From: Pseudomonadota bacterium
GTDB lineage: Bacteria; Bdellovibrionota; Bdellovibrionia; Bdellovibrionales; Bdellovibrionaceae
NCBI GenBank assembly: GCA_041178425.1
Contig: JBEGVH010000011.1
Coordinates: 1-55,941 of the forward strand
Length of the DNA: 55,941 nucleotides
Direction: 5' to 3'
Position numbers and translations under genes: made by a program. Under the pieces are notes generated by a model. It saw nothing but the letters and a program-made list of their open reading frames with translations. It was not told the origin of the DNA and did not search any database. This document shows, one piece after another, positions 18,809-28,827 of this stretch (its first letter is position 1; the number at the start of each line of letters is the position of its first letter).

Positions 18809-19948
18809 CTATTTTAACACAAAAAACACGTAGGACTTAGGAAGCTGGGTTAGCTTATCTTTTGAGATAATGTCGGGATTGTTAGCCAAGAATTTTTCAA
18901 TGGGTGTTTTAAGTTGTTTAGAGAGCTCAACAACAGTTGTTGAGCGCGCTAGTTTAAAAGCCTTAAAGGTGCGCGAATTCGCTTTTTCGTCTAAATTCAT
19001 ATGAAGCTCATCCAAATACGCCTCAGCGTGAAGAGCTGCTTCAAAGTTGGGTTCACGAGCTGAGCTACCGAGAAAATCTTTGGACCATTTAAATTTATTA
19101 ACCCGTTGATCTTTAAGGTGGGTCGCTAAAGCTCGGGCCACTTTAATGGGTGAGTGAGTTTCATCAATAGAGTCTGTTTTTAACAGATATTTAGGTGCAA
19201 AATCGGAGTTCATTGTTTTCCAAGGTGTTTCTGTCTCACCTAAACTCATATTGGCAGGAATGATAAATAGACTTGTGAGTTCGACGGGTAATTTTTGGGC
19301 TTTAAAGATTTTTTCAATGGCTGGCATCCAGCGGTTCATACGGGTGACTTGATTTTTGAAGTCTTCAGATAACCCTTGTTGAATGCGTAGTGTTCCTGAA
19401 CGAACTTGGGCGAGTAACGCCATTCGACCTCTTAAAAAACTAATCACCTTTGATGTGGAGGGTCCATCACCAATTTGAGCTGTGATTTTTTCTATGGGCC
19501 ATTCCTCTACAATGGAAGGGCTCGTTGATTCGTTGATGATCAGCCACGTTGTGCGTGGGTATTTGGTGTAAATATCAAACCACAGGGCCGTCTCTTTTTT
19601 TATGGCATCAGCAACGCGAAAGGCAGTAGACAGTCGATGATCCTGATCTGACAAAATAAAACCTCGTGTCAGGTCTAGGTTAACAGGTTGTTGTTTGGAC
19701 ACTGGCTCTTTTTCAACCAAATCATTAACACTGACCCCAACAGGAAGAACCTTGGCCACATTTTGGGGGAGTGCAATTCGGGTATCGAAATCTCGGCTGG
19801 CCTCAAGAAGATCAGATGATTTGGGTGCAACAACGGCAATAATAAGAAAAATTAATAAACCTGCAGTAACGATTAAACCCATCGCCAGCATTTGCTTCGA
19901 CATCGGTGCATCGGGTACTTTTTTCAGTTGAACGCGCGCAATTGTCAT
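18809..19948 (-). CDS. Membrane-anchored MltD-like lytic transglycosylase homologue with LysM-like tail, catalytic motif degenerate
   Basis: WFDIYTKY, MPAIEKIFKAQKLPVEL, IDETHSPIK, C-terminal LysM-like ELSKQL...FLANNP. Confidence 0.6.
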   Translation of the reverse strand: MTIARVQLKKVPDAPMSKQMLAMGLIVTAGLLIFLIIAVVAPKSSDLLEASRDFDTRIALPQNVAKVLPVGVSVNDLVEKEPVSKQQPVNLDLTRGFILSDQDHRLSTAFRVADAIKKETALWFDIYTKYPRTTWLIINESTSPSIVEEWPIEKITAQIGDGPSTSKVISFLRGRMALLAQVRSGTLRIQQGLSEDFKNQVTRMNRWMPAIEKIFKAQKLPVELTSLFIIPANMSLGETETPWKTMNSDFAPKYLLKTDSIDETHSPIKVARALATHLKDQRVNKFKWSKDFLGSSAREPNFEAALHAEAYLDELHMNLDEKANSRTFKAFKLARSTTVVELSKQLKTPIEKFLANNPDIISKDKLTQLPKSYVFFVLK

Positions 19949-20023
19949 TTTTTTGAGCCCCTAACCTCAACCAAATGTTGGAAGAGGTTTTGGGTTCGAA
20001 AAATGCAAACTTCTCGCCAAAAG

Positions 20024-20431
20024 CTAAGCGAGAGGCTCCTTTTCGGAGACAGGAGCATTGTTTGCCTGGGAACGAATCTTTTTTAATTGTGATTCAACCA
20101 TTTCGAGCTCAACTTGAAGATTATAACCGTTCTCTTGAAGTCTAAGAATGGCTTGCTCTTTAACAGAATCTCTTGGCTCCGGCTCTAGGTTTTGTAACTC
20201 AAGCTGAAGGTGCTCAACGTCTCGTTTGATGGCTTCAAGTTGGCAGTTCAGGGTATGCCTGTAGCGACTCAGAGAATGAAGGTGTTTATTTAATTCATCG
20301 AAACTTTGGTGAATGACCTGGTGGTTCTCCTCGAGGAGGGCCGATTGATCATCATTTTCTAAGATTCCCTCTAAGAGTAAGTTCCATCCTAGCTTGAGGG
20401 GGTTCGTAAGACGATTCCTGTCGTCTTCCAT
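20024..20431 (-). CDS. Coiled-coil hypothetical protein
   Basis: Heptad-rich; ATG 20431 after an AAGGA RBS. Confidence 0.65.
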   Translation of the reverse strand: MEDDRNRLTNPLKLGWNLLLEGILENDDQSALLEENHQVIHQSFDELNKHLHSLSRYRHTLNCQLEAIKRDVEHLQLELQNLEPEPRDSVKEQAILRLQENGYNLQVELEMVESQLKKIRSQANNAPVSEKEPLA

Positions 20432-20441
20432 ATTTTTCCTT

Positions 20442-20834
20442 TCAGTTTGTAGGCTGCTCTTCAAAACTAAAGTACAAAACAATGTACGCTAGGACCGCAA
20501 AGCCAAGAGAGCCGAGAGCTAGTAGGACAGCTGCCGTGCGGACAAGGCCAACTTCCCACTTCATCTTTTTCGAAATTGTACCACAAACGCCTAGGAGTCG
20601 GCGATTGAATGCTTCTTCAAGTCGATCCTGGCGCGGCAGGCTAATTGCTAATGTGATGTATAAACCTAGACCAAAGCCGTAGAGAAGCACCATGGCGACG
20701 AGCAAAAATCTCATGACAATGGGTTTAACGCCAAAGGTTTCTGCGAGACCTTTGCACACCCCAGCTAAAATGCCTTTATTCGAACGGTAGAATTTTAATT
20801 GAGGTTTCACCACACCAAATTGAATGTCACTCAT
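20442..20834 (-). CDS. Tandem PspC-domain protein
   Basis: YRSNKGILAGVCKGLA and RRLLGVCGTIS repeats; AGAGGAG RBS. Confidence 0.85.
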   Translation of the reverse strand: MSDIQFGVVKPQLKFYRSNKGILAGVCKGLAETFGVKPIVMRFLLVAMVLLYGFGLGLYITLAISLPRQDRLEEAFNRRLLGVCGTISKKMKWEVGLVRTAAVLLALGSLGFAVLAYIVLYFSFEEQPTN

Positions 20835-20889
20835 ACAGACTCCTCTAAAATTGTCTTCGGCTGTGAGTAATTTCTTGGAGGCATCCATC

Positions 20890-22029
20890 TCACAAAAATC
20901 GAGCCGTTAAAAGAGAATCTTTCCCGGCAGAAGACAATTCAAAAGGACTGAGCGCCACGGCTTGGCTCAAGGTGCTTATCGAATTTAGTTTTGACGCCCA
21001 AGCCACTCCACTGGTTTCACCAATAATTATGGGTGCTACAAAAAGGTACATTCGATCGGCAGCTTTTTGGTTGATGAAGGAGCTAATAGTTTCTCCTCCG
21101 CCCTCTACGAGAAGAGAGCGAAAGCCCAAACTCCAGATTTCTGATTTGAGTTTTTGAAGATCAATCTCTTCAGTGCCCGGAAGATAGGGAGTTTTGATGA
21201 TCTTCAATCGGTGTTGAGCGAGGCTCTCAGTGTTAGCGTTTGGGGAGACCACCCAGTAAACATTCTCTGGTTGGTGAGTAGCTAGAATTTTTGAGGTGGC
21301 TAGCTTATTGATCCCAATGCCCTTTGGGTCTACAACGAGCACTTTATTCGTTTTACCAGTAAAGTTCGGATGTCGCACATCGAGCGAGGGGTTATCGCTT
21401 AAAAAAGTTCCGACTCCTACAAGAATTGCATCGTGAGTCGCCCGTAAAAAGTGGCCTTCGATTCGCGCTTCGGCCCCAGTAATCCATTTGCTCAGTCCAT
21501 TTTTAAGCGCCAATTTTCCATCGACACTTGATGCACATTTGATAGATACAAACGGCTGTTGTGAGCGCATATTTTTTAGAAAATGCTCGCAAACAGCTTC
21601 GAGAGATTCTTGGTCGCTAGCATAATGAGAAGTTTTGATTCCCGCCGCTTCGATAAGAGCTGCTCCCTTGCCTTTTACTAGGGGGTTGGGGTCGTACAAA
21701 CCAAAGATAACCTCTGCTAAGGGCAACTTAGCGAGGGCTTCAGCGCAAGGTGGAGTTTTGCCATGATGAGCACAGGGTTCGAGAGTCACAAAAACCCGAG
21801 CTCCCTCAAGTTGATCGCTCGTTAATCCGTTCAATGCATTGACTTCTGCATGAGCGCCCCCGAACTTTTCGTGAAAGCCCAAAGAAAGTAAGCAACCCTT
21901 TTCGTCAAGGATAACACAGCCAACCGGGGGGTTCGGACTCACCGAACCTAGGCCTTTTCGTGCCTGCTTCATGGCCAGAGTCATAGCCTGAGAATCGGTT
22001 AGTTTTTGGCCAATTTTTACTTCATCCAT
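20890..22029 (-). CDS. ribD: Riboflavin biosynthesis deaminase/reductase
   Basis: PNPPVG, HAE, TLEPCAHHGKTPPC, LLVEGG. Confidence 0.96.
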   Translation of the reverse strand: MDEVKIGQKLTDSQAMTLAMKQARKGLGSVSPNPPVGCVILDEKGCLLSLGFHEKFGGAHAEVNALNGLTSDQLEGARVFVTLEPCAHHGKTPPCAEALAKLPLAEVIFGLYDPNPLVKGKGAALIEAAGIKTSHYASDQESLEAVCEHFLKNMRSQQPFVSIKCASSVDGKLALKNGLSKWITGAEARIEGHFLRATHDAILVGVGTFLSDNPSLDVRHPNFTGKTNKVLVVDPKGIGINKLATSKILATHQPENVYWVVSPNANTESLAQHRLKIIKTPYLPGTEEIDLQKLKSEIWSLGFRSLLVEGGGETISSFINQKAADRMYLFVAPIIIGETSGVAWASKLNSISTLSQAVALSPFELSSAGKDSLLTARFL

Positions 22030-23123
22030 GATTGCCAGTACTCAGGAACTTCTACGGTTTGAAGAGGGTTATCAACGATGAGGGGATTCCAAGTGTCGAT
22101 CATTACGGCGTATTCATCGGTATGAGTTTTATTGTTGATATTCTGAACCGCTTTAGGGTGTGGCCCATGCGGAAATCCAGCGGGGTGAAAAGACATCATA
22201 CCCGCGTGCAGGTTATCGCGACTGAAGAAATTACCGTCATGATAAAAAAGCACTTCATCATAATCAATGTTTTGGTGGTAGAATGGAACTTTCAGCGCAT
22301 CAGTATCCGACTCCAGAGGACGCGGTAAAAACGTACACACTACAAAGCCATTACTAGCGAAGGTCGTATGCGCACTCGGTGGTAAATGAACCCTCGCGCT
22401 TAACATAGGCATCAAATCGCGAACATGTAGAGTTACAGGAAAAAAGTCACCCTTCCATCCCACGGTATCGAAAACGCAATCAGAATACTTGAAGTTTGTA
22501 ATTTGATCTTGCCGTTTAACCGAAACTTGTTTGACCTTGAGCTGGCGGTCTTTGAGCATTTGATGGCTTTTTTCGAGATCGGGAATTCCAAACGCGGCTG
22601 GGTCATAGAAGGCCCCTCGTCCAACCATCCCTCGTTCGGGTTCACGATACATACCGTTTTTAGACTCGATCACTAAAAACTGGCAGACATCCGTTGGAAG
22701 AAAAGTATGCATCACACATTTGGGCATTAATATATAAGAGCCTTTTTCGTAGGTAAGAAGCCCATACTCGGTGAGTATTGATCCTGCGCCTTGATGGCAA
22801 AAGTAGAGAGTTTCGCCATCGGCGTTTCGTATGGCTTGTTCTGTTTGGGCTGAAGCTGGGTCTGTCCAGAGGTAGTAAACAGAGATGTCGTTGTTAAAAA
22901 GTAATCTCTGCCAAGTGTTAAATTTTTGCGGCATCTTGACGAGGTCAAAGAGCTGCGGGCGAAGTGGGCCTTCGATGTCAGTCCATCGAGTGCTTGGTTT
23001 CGGCTTTATAAGATGAGAAACGGGGCCAAAGAATCCCTTGCGTCCTTGCTCCTCTTCGAAGTGCCCTGAGGGAATGCCCTTGTGTCCTTGTGTGGTATGT
23101 CGCCCTTGGCTGTATTGAAACAT
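22017..23123 (-). CDS. hmgA: Homogentisate 1,2-dioxygenase
   Basis: RNADG, HLPPSAH, PFYHQNIDYDE, HPAGFPHGPHP. Confidence 0.88.
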   Translation of the reverse strand: MFQYSQGRHTTQGHKGIPSGHFEEEQGRKGFFGPVSHLIKPKPSTRWTDIEGPLRPQLFDLVKMPQKFNTWQRLLFNNDISVYYLWTDPASAQTEQAIRNADGETLYFCHQGAGSILTEYGLLTYEKGSYILMPKCVMHTFLPTDVCQFLVIESKNGMYREPERGMVGRGAFYDPAAFGIPDLEKSHQMLKDRQLKVKQVSVKRQDQITNFKYSDCVFDTVGWKGDFFPVTLHVRDLMPMLSARVHLPPSAHTTFASNGFVVCTFLPRPLESDTDALKVPFYHQNIDYDEVLFYHDGNFFSRDNLHAGMMSFHPAGFPHGPHPKAVQNINNKTHTDEYAVMIDTWNPLIVDNPLQTVEVPEYWQSWMK

Positions 23124-23324
23124 GTCAACCTCCTCATTGAACAGAACGAGTCGTAAGCAATATTGGTTTATATGTAAATATGCAGCAATGCTTTGTGCGT
23201 CAAATACGCGTTCTTGCTACCTATAGAAAAGCTCTTCTATGATGAAAGAGTTTCCCCAAGGCGAGGCAAAGCATTGGGGCCAGAGGGCTTCAATAGGATT
23301 GTTGATGGCCAAGGAGAAGATTAA

Positions 23325-24698
23325 ATGCGAACTAAAGTGTACGTTAACCGAACCCTTAATCTAAAGCGAATCAAGTACATTGGCCTCGATATGGACCATA
23401 CCCTCATTCGATATAACAGTGAGGCTTTCGAGCGACTCTCGCATACCATTATGAAAACTAAGCTCATCGCTAATAAGGGTTACCCCGAAATTTTAAAAGA
23501 CCTCCCCTTTCACTTCGATCAGGCCATTCGGGGGCTCGTGATCGATAGAAAAAAAGGGAATCTCCTCAAGGTGAACCGGCATTGTGCTATTCGTGCGAGT
23601 TTTCATGGAACCCAGGCCATCGATTTTAAAACGCAGCAAAAAATGTACAAATCGACGTATATCGATTTGAGTGACGCCGACTATATGGCGGTCGATACCA
23701 CGTTTTCTATTTCGTTGGCGATTCTCTTTGCACAGATTGTGGATTTGAAAGATTCCAGGCCCGACCTCCGTTTTCCTGATTATGCTGTGATTGCTGATGA
23801 CGTGCTTGGCGCCCTCGATGAAGGGCACCGAGATGGAACAATAAAGAATATCGTTCGTGATGATCTTTCAACCTATATTGTAAAAGATGAGGCTGTTGTT
23901 CGGGGTCTTGAATCTTTCAAAAAGCATGGAAAGAAAATATTCATTCTCACGAATTCCGATTTTTACTATTCAAAACTGCTTCTTGATTATGCGATTAATC
24001 CCTTTTTGAAAGAGCATTCTTCTTGGCAAGATCTCTTTGAGATCGTTGTCACATTTGCCCAAAAGCCCAAGTTCTTCTATGGCGATCATCGCTTTTTGCA
24101 GATCGCTCCGGGCACGGGGCTTATGTCGAACTTTGATTCGAAACTTGTGCCGGGAATTTATCAGGGTGGCAATGCAGCCAAGTTTACGGCAGATCTCAAT
24201 CTTCAAGGAGATGAAATTCTCTACGTGGGTGACCATATTTATGGCGATATTCTTCGTTTGAAAAAAGACTGTAACTGGAGAACAGCGATGGTGATTGAGG
24301 AGCTCGCAGAAGAGATGCGGGGCGATGATAAAGCAATGCCAATCAATCAGGACATCGAGCAGTTTATGGCAAAGAAGGAGCCCTTTGAGGATGAGCTCAC
24401 TGAGTTGCTAACTCAAAAAGTCGACAAGGGTACTATAGATGAAGCGAGGGCGACCGAGCTGCAAAAAACAATCACCGATATCGATGGGCAAATCAGCGGT
24501 CTCATTAAAAAGCAACAAGCCCTCTACAATCCACACTGGGGTCAATTAATGAGAGCTGGTAACGAAGAAAGTTACTTTGCCTACCAGGTCGATCGATATG
24601 CTTGCGTTTATATGACCAAGCTGGGAGATCTTCTTGAGCTATCACCTCGGATGTACTTTCGGGCTCCGCGCCGACTCTTAGCTCACGAAATGAGCTAA
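23325..24698 (+). CDS. HAD-IG family 5'-nucleotidase (cN-II-like)
   Basis: GLDMDHTL, LTNS, KPKFF, YVGDHIYGD. Confidence 0.92.
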   Translation: MRTKVYVNRTLNLKRIKYIGLDMDHTLIRYNSEAFERLSHTIMKTKLIANKGYPEILKDLPFHFDQAIRGLVIDRKKGNLLKVNRHCAIRASFHGTQAIDFKTQQKMYKSTYIDLSDADYMAVDTTFSISLAILFAQIVDLKDSRPDLRFPDYAVIADDVLGALDEGHRDGTIKNIVRDDLSTYIVKDEAVVRGLESFKKHGKKIFILTNSDFYYSKLLLDYAINPFLKEHSSWQDLFEIVVTFAQKPKFFYGDHRFLQIAPGTGLMSNFDSKLVPGIYQGGNAAKFTADLNLQGDEILYVGDHIYGDILRLKKDCNWRTAMVIEELAEEMRGDDKAMPINQDIEQFMAKKEPFEDELTELLTQKVDKGTIDEARATELQKTITDIDGQISGLIKKQQALYNPHWGQLMRAGNEESYFAYQVDRYACVYMTKLGDLLELSPRMYFRAPRRLLAHEMS

Positions 24699-24744
24699 GG
24701 CCAACGGTAAAAAGATTCCTAGGTAAGGTCTCTCAGCCTGATGG

Positions 24745-25659
24745 TTAATCGAAGTAGTCGAGTTCGATAAATTGCCACCGAATGGCTCGGTGCTTTTGCT
24801 TCATGAGATTTTCCACCTCATTGATTTTGAGAATTCCCTCTGACAGGCTTTGCATATCGCCGGGGTGAATCTTGGCGGCAACCATTATTTCGTTGGATCC
24901 CATTTGCATGGCGATGAACTTAAGAACTTTTCCTGTTGGAAAGCGACTGCTAGCGATCTCAACAAAATCAGTTTTTAGATCAATGGCTGGAGCTTCGCCG
25001 ATGATGAGCGATTTAATTTCCATGGCCAGAAAGATAGCCACTATCACCAAAATAGCACCGACAAGGATGGAACCGCCGGCATCCCAGCGGGCGTCACCAG
25101 TAACGGCTGCTACCGTTAGGGCGATGGCGGCAACCACCAGGCCTACGAGAGCCGCGGCATCTTCGGTAAAAATAACAAGAAGATCTGCTGAGGTGGTTTT
25201 GCGAAACCATGTCCATAGGCTGCCATAGGAGTTCTGAATTTTAACCTCTTTGAAGCAGCTATAAAAAGAATACCCTTCCACAAGCATGCCAAAACCCAGA
25301 ATGCTCAGGCCAAGAAGGGGGGAGCTCACGATCCCGGGGTCCTGCATTTTGTGAATGCCCTCATAAATGGCAAATAGCCCACCGAGCGAGAAAAGGAGGA
25401 TAGCGACCACAAAAGACCAAAAAAAAGCTTCACGGCCATAACCCAAAGGGTGGGTTTCTGTAGGAGCCTTTCTGCTGGAGCGCGCTCCCACAAGAAGGAG
25501 GGCTTGGTTCGAGCAATCGACTAAACTATGGATGGCCTCGGCAAGCAGTGAGGCACTTTTGGATATAAAAGCTCCAATAAATTTGGCGATAGCTATGCCC
25601 AAATTGGCTAACAGTGCGATAATTATCACTTTTATCGAACCCTCGTGAGTTGCGCTCAA
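24745..25659 (-). CDS. Cation diffusion facilitator transporter
   Basis: LLAEAIHSLVD, HPLGYGRE, FTEDAAA; about 6 TM. Confidence 0.9.
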   Translation of the reverse strand: MSATHEGSIKVIIIALLANLGIAIAKFIGAFISKSASLLAEAIHSLVDCSNQALLLVGARSSRKAPTETHPLGYGREAFFWSFVVAILLFSLGGLFAIYEGIHKMQDPGIVSSPLLGLSILGFGMLVEGYSFYSCFKEVKIQNSYGSLWTWFRKTTSADLLVIFTEDAAALVGLVVAAIALTVAAVTGDARWDAGGSILVGAILVIVAIFLAMEIKSLIIGEAPAIDLKTDFVEIASSRFPTGKVLKFIAMQMGSNEIMVAAKIHPGDMQSLSEGILKINEVENLMKQKHRAIRWQFIELDYFD

Positions 25660-25850
25660 GATTACTCCTTTTGAAAAAACTGCAAGAATGAAGTTAATGT
25701 AAGCGAGAGATCTTGGGCTTTGGTAGCATTTCCTTTAGCGCGATGAGTGTTTGCCATATATGGGTCTCCGCAAAGATTGGGAAAAGCATTGACAACCCTG
25801 GAGCATGGTGGCATTCAATCGAATCTTCTCGCGCTATTTGGAGGTTCGAA

Positions 25851-26399
25851 ATGTACGCAGTTATTCGTACAGGCGGAAAACAATATAAGGTTCAGCCTGG
25901 TGATGTTCTTAAAGTAGAAAAAATTGAACAGAACTTGGGGTCTGAATTTGATTTGACCGACGTTCTTATGGTTGGTGGAGAAAAACTCCATGTTGGTCAA
26001 CCAGTTCTTCAGAATGCAAAGGTAACAGTTGTTGTTATTAAGCAAGCTAGAGCGCCTAAAGTGATCGTATTTAAGAAAAAACGTCGTCAAGGCTATCGTA
26101 GAACTCAAGGTCACAGACAGTATTTTACTGAGCTTTTCATCAAAGCTATCACAGCTCCAGATGGACAGACTGTAAAGACTGAAAAAGAACCAAAGATCTT
26201 TGATGCTGAAGCGAAAAAACAAGCTAAGCAAGAAGCCAAAGCTGTTGCAGCTGAAGGTAAAACTGCTGGAGCTAAGAAAAAAGTAGCTAAAGCAGCAACA
26301 AAGAAAACAACAAAAAAAGCAGCAACTAAGTCCACTAAAAAAGCTGGAACTACAAAAAAAGCTGCTACTAAAAAGAAGACTACTAAAAAGACTAAGTAA
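25851..26399 (+). CDS. rplU: 50S ribosomal protein L21 with Lys/Ala-rich tail
   Basis: MYAVIRTGGKQYKV...GHRQYFT; GGAGG RBS. Confidence 0.97.
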   Translation: MYAVIRTGGKQYKVQPGDVLKVEKIEQNLGSEFDLTDVLMVGGEKLHVGQPVLQNAKVTVVVIKQARAPKVIVFKKKRRQGYRRTQGHRQYFTELFIKAITAPDGQTVKTEKEPKIFDAEAKKQAKQEAKAVAAEGKTAGAKKKVAKAATKKTTKKAATKSTKKAGTTKKAATKKKTTKKTK

Positions 26400-26409
26400 G
26401 AGGTGAAGC

Positions 26410-26667
26410 ATGGCATCGAAGAAAGCCGGTGGTAGTACCAAGAACGGCCGCGATAGTGGTGGCCAAAGGTTAGGTATCAAAAGATTTGGTGGTGAAAAAG
26501 TTCTTCCAGGAACTATCTTAGTTCGTCAAAGAGGTACTCAGTACCTTATGGGTAAGAACGTAAAAATGGGACGCGATTTCACGATCTATTCAATTGTTGA
26601 AGGTCTTGTGAAGTTTGAACGTCACGATAAGCAGAAGTTTCGCATTAGCGTTTACCCAGCTGCTTAA
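26410..26667 (+). CDS. rpmA: 50S ribosomal protein L27
   Basis: [16 protein letters not shown]...RQRGT. Confidence 0.98.
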   Translation: MASKKAGGSTKNGRDSGGQRLGIKRFGGEKVLPGTILVRQRGTQYLMGKNVKMGRDFTIYSIVEGLVKFERHDKQKFRISVYPAA

Positions 26668-26701
26668 TTAATATCGATTATTTTAAATAATCTTAGGGGA
26701 A

Positions 26702-26725
26702 AGGGAGCCATTGGCTCCCTTTTTT
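26702..26725 (+). terminator. Intrinsic terminator between rpmA and obgE
   Basis: AGGGAGCCA/TGGCTCCCT followed by a T-run. Confidence 0.75.
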
Positions 26726-26729
26726 GTGT

Positions 26730-27770
26730 ATGAAGTTTGTAGATGAAATCCAATTAACGATAGCCTCTGGAAAAGGTGGCCCAGGTTGTGTGAGTTTTCG
26801 CCGAGAAGCGATGACTGCGCGAGGTGGTCCTGACGGAGGTGATGGCGGTCGCGGTGGAGATGTTATTTTAAAAGTAGCACCTCATCTTAATTCTCTTGTG
26901 GATTTCCGTGTTCATAAAAAATATGCAGCTCAAGATGGTCGTCCCGGAGCGGGAGCCAATATGAGTGGGCATGCGGGTGAAGATCTTGTTTTGCCTATTC
27001 CTCGCGGGACTATTATTCGCAATCTCGAAGGTCATGTTCTTGTCGACTTCACTGATGTAGAAGAATTTGTGCTCTTGCGTGGTGGACGTGGCGGTAAAGG
27101 AAATACCTTCTTTAAAACGAGTATCAATCAGGCACCTGAGCATGCACAGCCGGGAGAGTCTGGAGAAGAAATTCAAGTGATTCTCGAGTTGAAGCTCATT
27201 GCCGATGTTGGGATCATTGGGTTTCCAAATGCTGGAAAATCAACGCTCATTTCTCGTATATCTGCGGCCAAACCAAAAATTGCTGATTATCCGTTTACAA
27301 CGCTGACGCCCAATCTGGGAGTTGTCAAAGTGGGCGATTATCAATCGTTTGTGGTGGCTGATATTCCCGGTTTGATTGAGGGCGCAAGTCTTGGTCACGG
27401 CCTTGGAATTCAATTTTTAAAGCACATAGAGAGAACTAAGCTTTTTGTTCACCTTATCGATGTTTCTGGTTTTTCTGGTCGTGATCCTCTTGATGACTAT
27501 AAAGTCATTAATAAAGAGTTGCTCACTTATGATGAATCAAACAAAGGCAAAGAGGGCTTTGTTCCTCTTGCTACTCGCCATCAGATCGTTGTGTTTAATA
27601 AGGTCGATGCTGTGTCTGAGGAAGATCTTGAAGTATTAAAGAAGCGATTCAAAAAAACAAATTCTGTTGAGCCATTGACCATATCGGCGGTAACAGGTTT
27701 GGGAGTAAAAGATTTAGTAAACCTTGTTGGAAAAGAAATTCTCACCTCTGAGGAGGATTCTCATGCGTAA
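26730..27770 (+). CDS. obgE: GTPase ObgE/CgtA
   Basis: Gly-rich Obg fold, GFPNAGKST, DYPFTTL, DIPG, NKVD. Confidence 0.97.
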   Translation: MKFVDEIQLTIASGKGGPGCVSFRREAMTARGGPDGGDGGRGGDVILKVAPHLNSLVDFRVHKKYAAQDGRPGAGANMSGHAGEDLVLPIPRGTIIRNLEGHVLVDFTDVEEFVLLRGGRGGKGNTFFKTSINQAPEHAQPGESGEEIQVILELKLIADVGIIGFPNAGKSTLISRISAAKPKIADYPFTTLTPNLGVVKVGDYQSFVVADIPGLIEGASLGHGLGIQFLKHIERTKLFVHLIDVSGFSGRDPLDDYKVINKELLTYDESNKGKEGFVPLATRHQIVVFNKVDAVSEEDLEVLKKRFKKTNSVEPLTISAVTGLGVKDLVNLVGKEILTSEEDSHA

Positions 27771-28770
27771 AATTGGTATTTTCGGTGGAAGTTTTAATCC
27801 CCCTCACGTGGGACACCTAAACGTCGTTTCGACTGTTCAGAAAAAACTTGGTATCGATGTTATTCATATTATTCCAGCGGCTCAAAATCCGTTAAAGCAC
27901 CCTATTGAAGGCGCGAGCCCTGAACACCGCTTAGAAATGTCTCGTTTGGCCTTTTCATCGTTTGGCGAGAGTCTCGTTGTTGATGACAGGGAAATTAAAC
28001 GGGGCGGAAAAAGCTATACCATTGATACCATCAAAGAGTTAGCGGCCCAGTATCCTGGCGATGAACTCTATTTGATTATGGGTAACGATGTTTTTGGCGA
28101 ACTAGCATCTTGGAAAGATGTTCCTCAGATTCTAGAGAGTGTGAATGTTATCGTTGTGAGTCGACCTGGGGCTGAGCTTCCAGAAACGAAAGAAGAATTG
28201 CCTTCCTTTGTGCGAAGTTTGGTTAAAGATTTTGATTTTAATATCGTAGAGCTTACAAGTGGTAAAAACATTCAGTTTGTTTCATTAAAAGATATCGAAA
28301 TCTCTGCTGCTGATCTCAGAAAAAAAATTCGCTCTAATCGCAACACAGAAAAATTTCTTCCTCTTTCGGTTGAGAGCTACATTAAAGAACACCATCTTTA
28401 TCAGACCATTGGTCCAAAAGTAGGTGACTACGAAAAGTTCACTCATTTTTGTGCTGACTTTCTCAATTCAAAAAAAGCTATCGCTGTTCGAGGATTCGAT
28501 TTGCGTGACCTTGTTGCGCCAACGGAGTTTTCTTTGATTGCATCGGGTACAAGCACTCGTCATGCTGCGAGCTTGGCAGAAAACCTGATTCAAGCCGTTA
28601 AGGACGAGTACGGAGTTTATCCTCAAAGTCTTGAGGGGCTTTCTGAGGGGCGATGGGTGCTTGTCGATTATGGTTCATTGATTGTACATGTTTTCTATGA
28701 TTTTGCCCGACAGGAATATCAACTTGAGCAATTATGGAAAAACGGTAAAGAGCTTACACTGAACGCCTAA
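27763..28770 (+). CDS. nadD: NadD-RsfS fusion protein
   Basis: N-terminal FGGSFNPPHVGH...SYTIDT; C-terminal KKA...IASGTSTRHA...WVLVDYGSLIVHVF...YQLEQLW (RsfS). Confidence 0.9.
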   Translation: MRKIGIFGGSFNPPHVGHLNVVSTVQKKLGIDVIHIIPAAQNPLKHPIEGASPEHRLEMSRLAFSSFGESLVVDDREIKRGGKSYTIDTIKELAAQYPGDELYLIMGNDVFGELASWKDVPQILESVNVIVVSRPGAELPETKEELPSFVRSLVKDFDFNIVELTSGKNIQFVSLKDIEISAADLRKKIRSNRNTEKFLPLSVESYIKEHHLYQTIGPKVGDYEKFTHFCADFLNSKKAIAVRGFDLRDLVAPTEFSLIASGTSTRHAASLAENLIQAVKDEYGVYPQSLEGLSEGRWVLVDYGSLIVHVFYDFARQEYQLEQLWKNGKELTLNA

Positions 28771-28827
28771 TCAATGACTCCACTCAGTGACTGAAGTGTT
28801 GGTCGCTGAGAGAAAATGTTTGATGAG

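Noticed and set aside
23153..23180. dif-like site (ATATGTAAATA)
   Set aside because: Poor XerC arm and mismatched XerD arm; more likely AT-rich promoter DNA
25815..26480. 221 aa and 101 aa minus-strand ORFs
   Set aside because: Shadows of the A-rich rplU/rpmA sequence; Phe/Ser/Cys-biased
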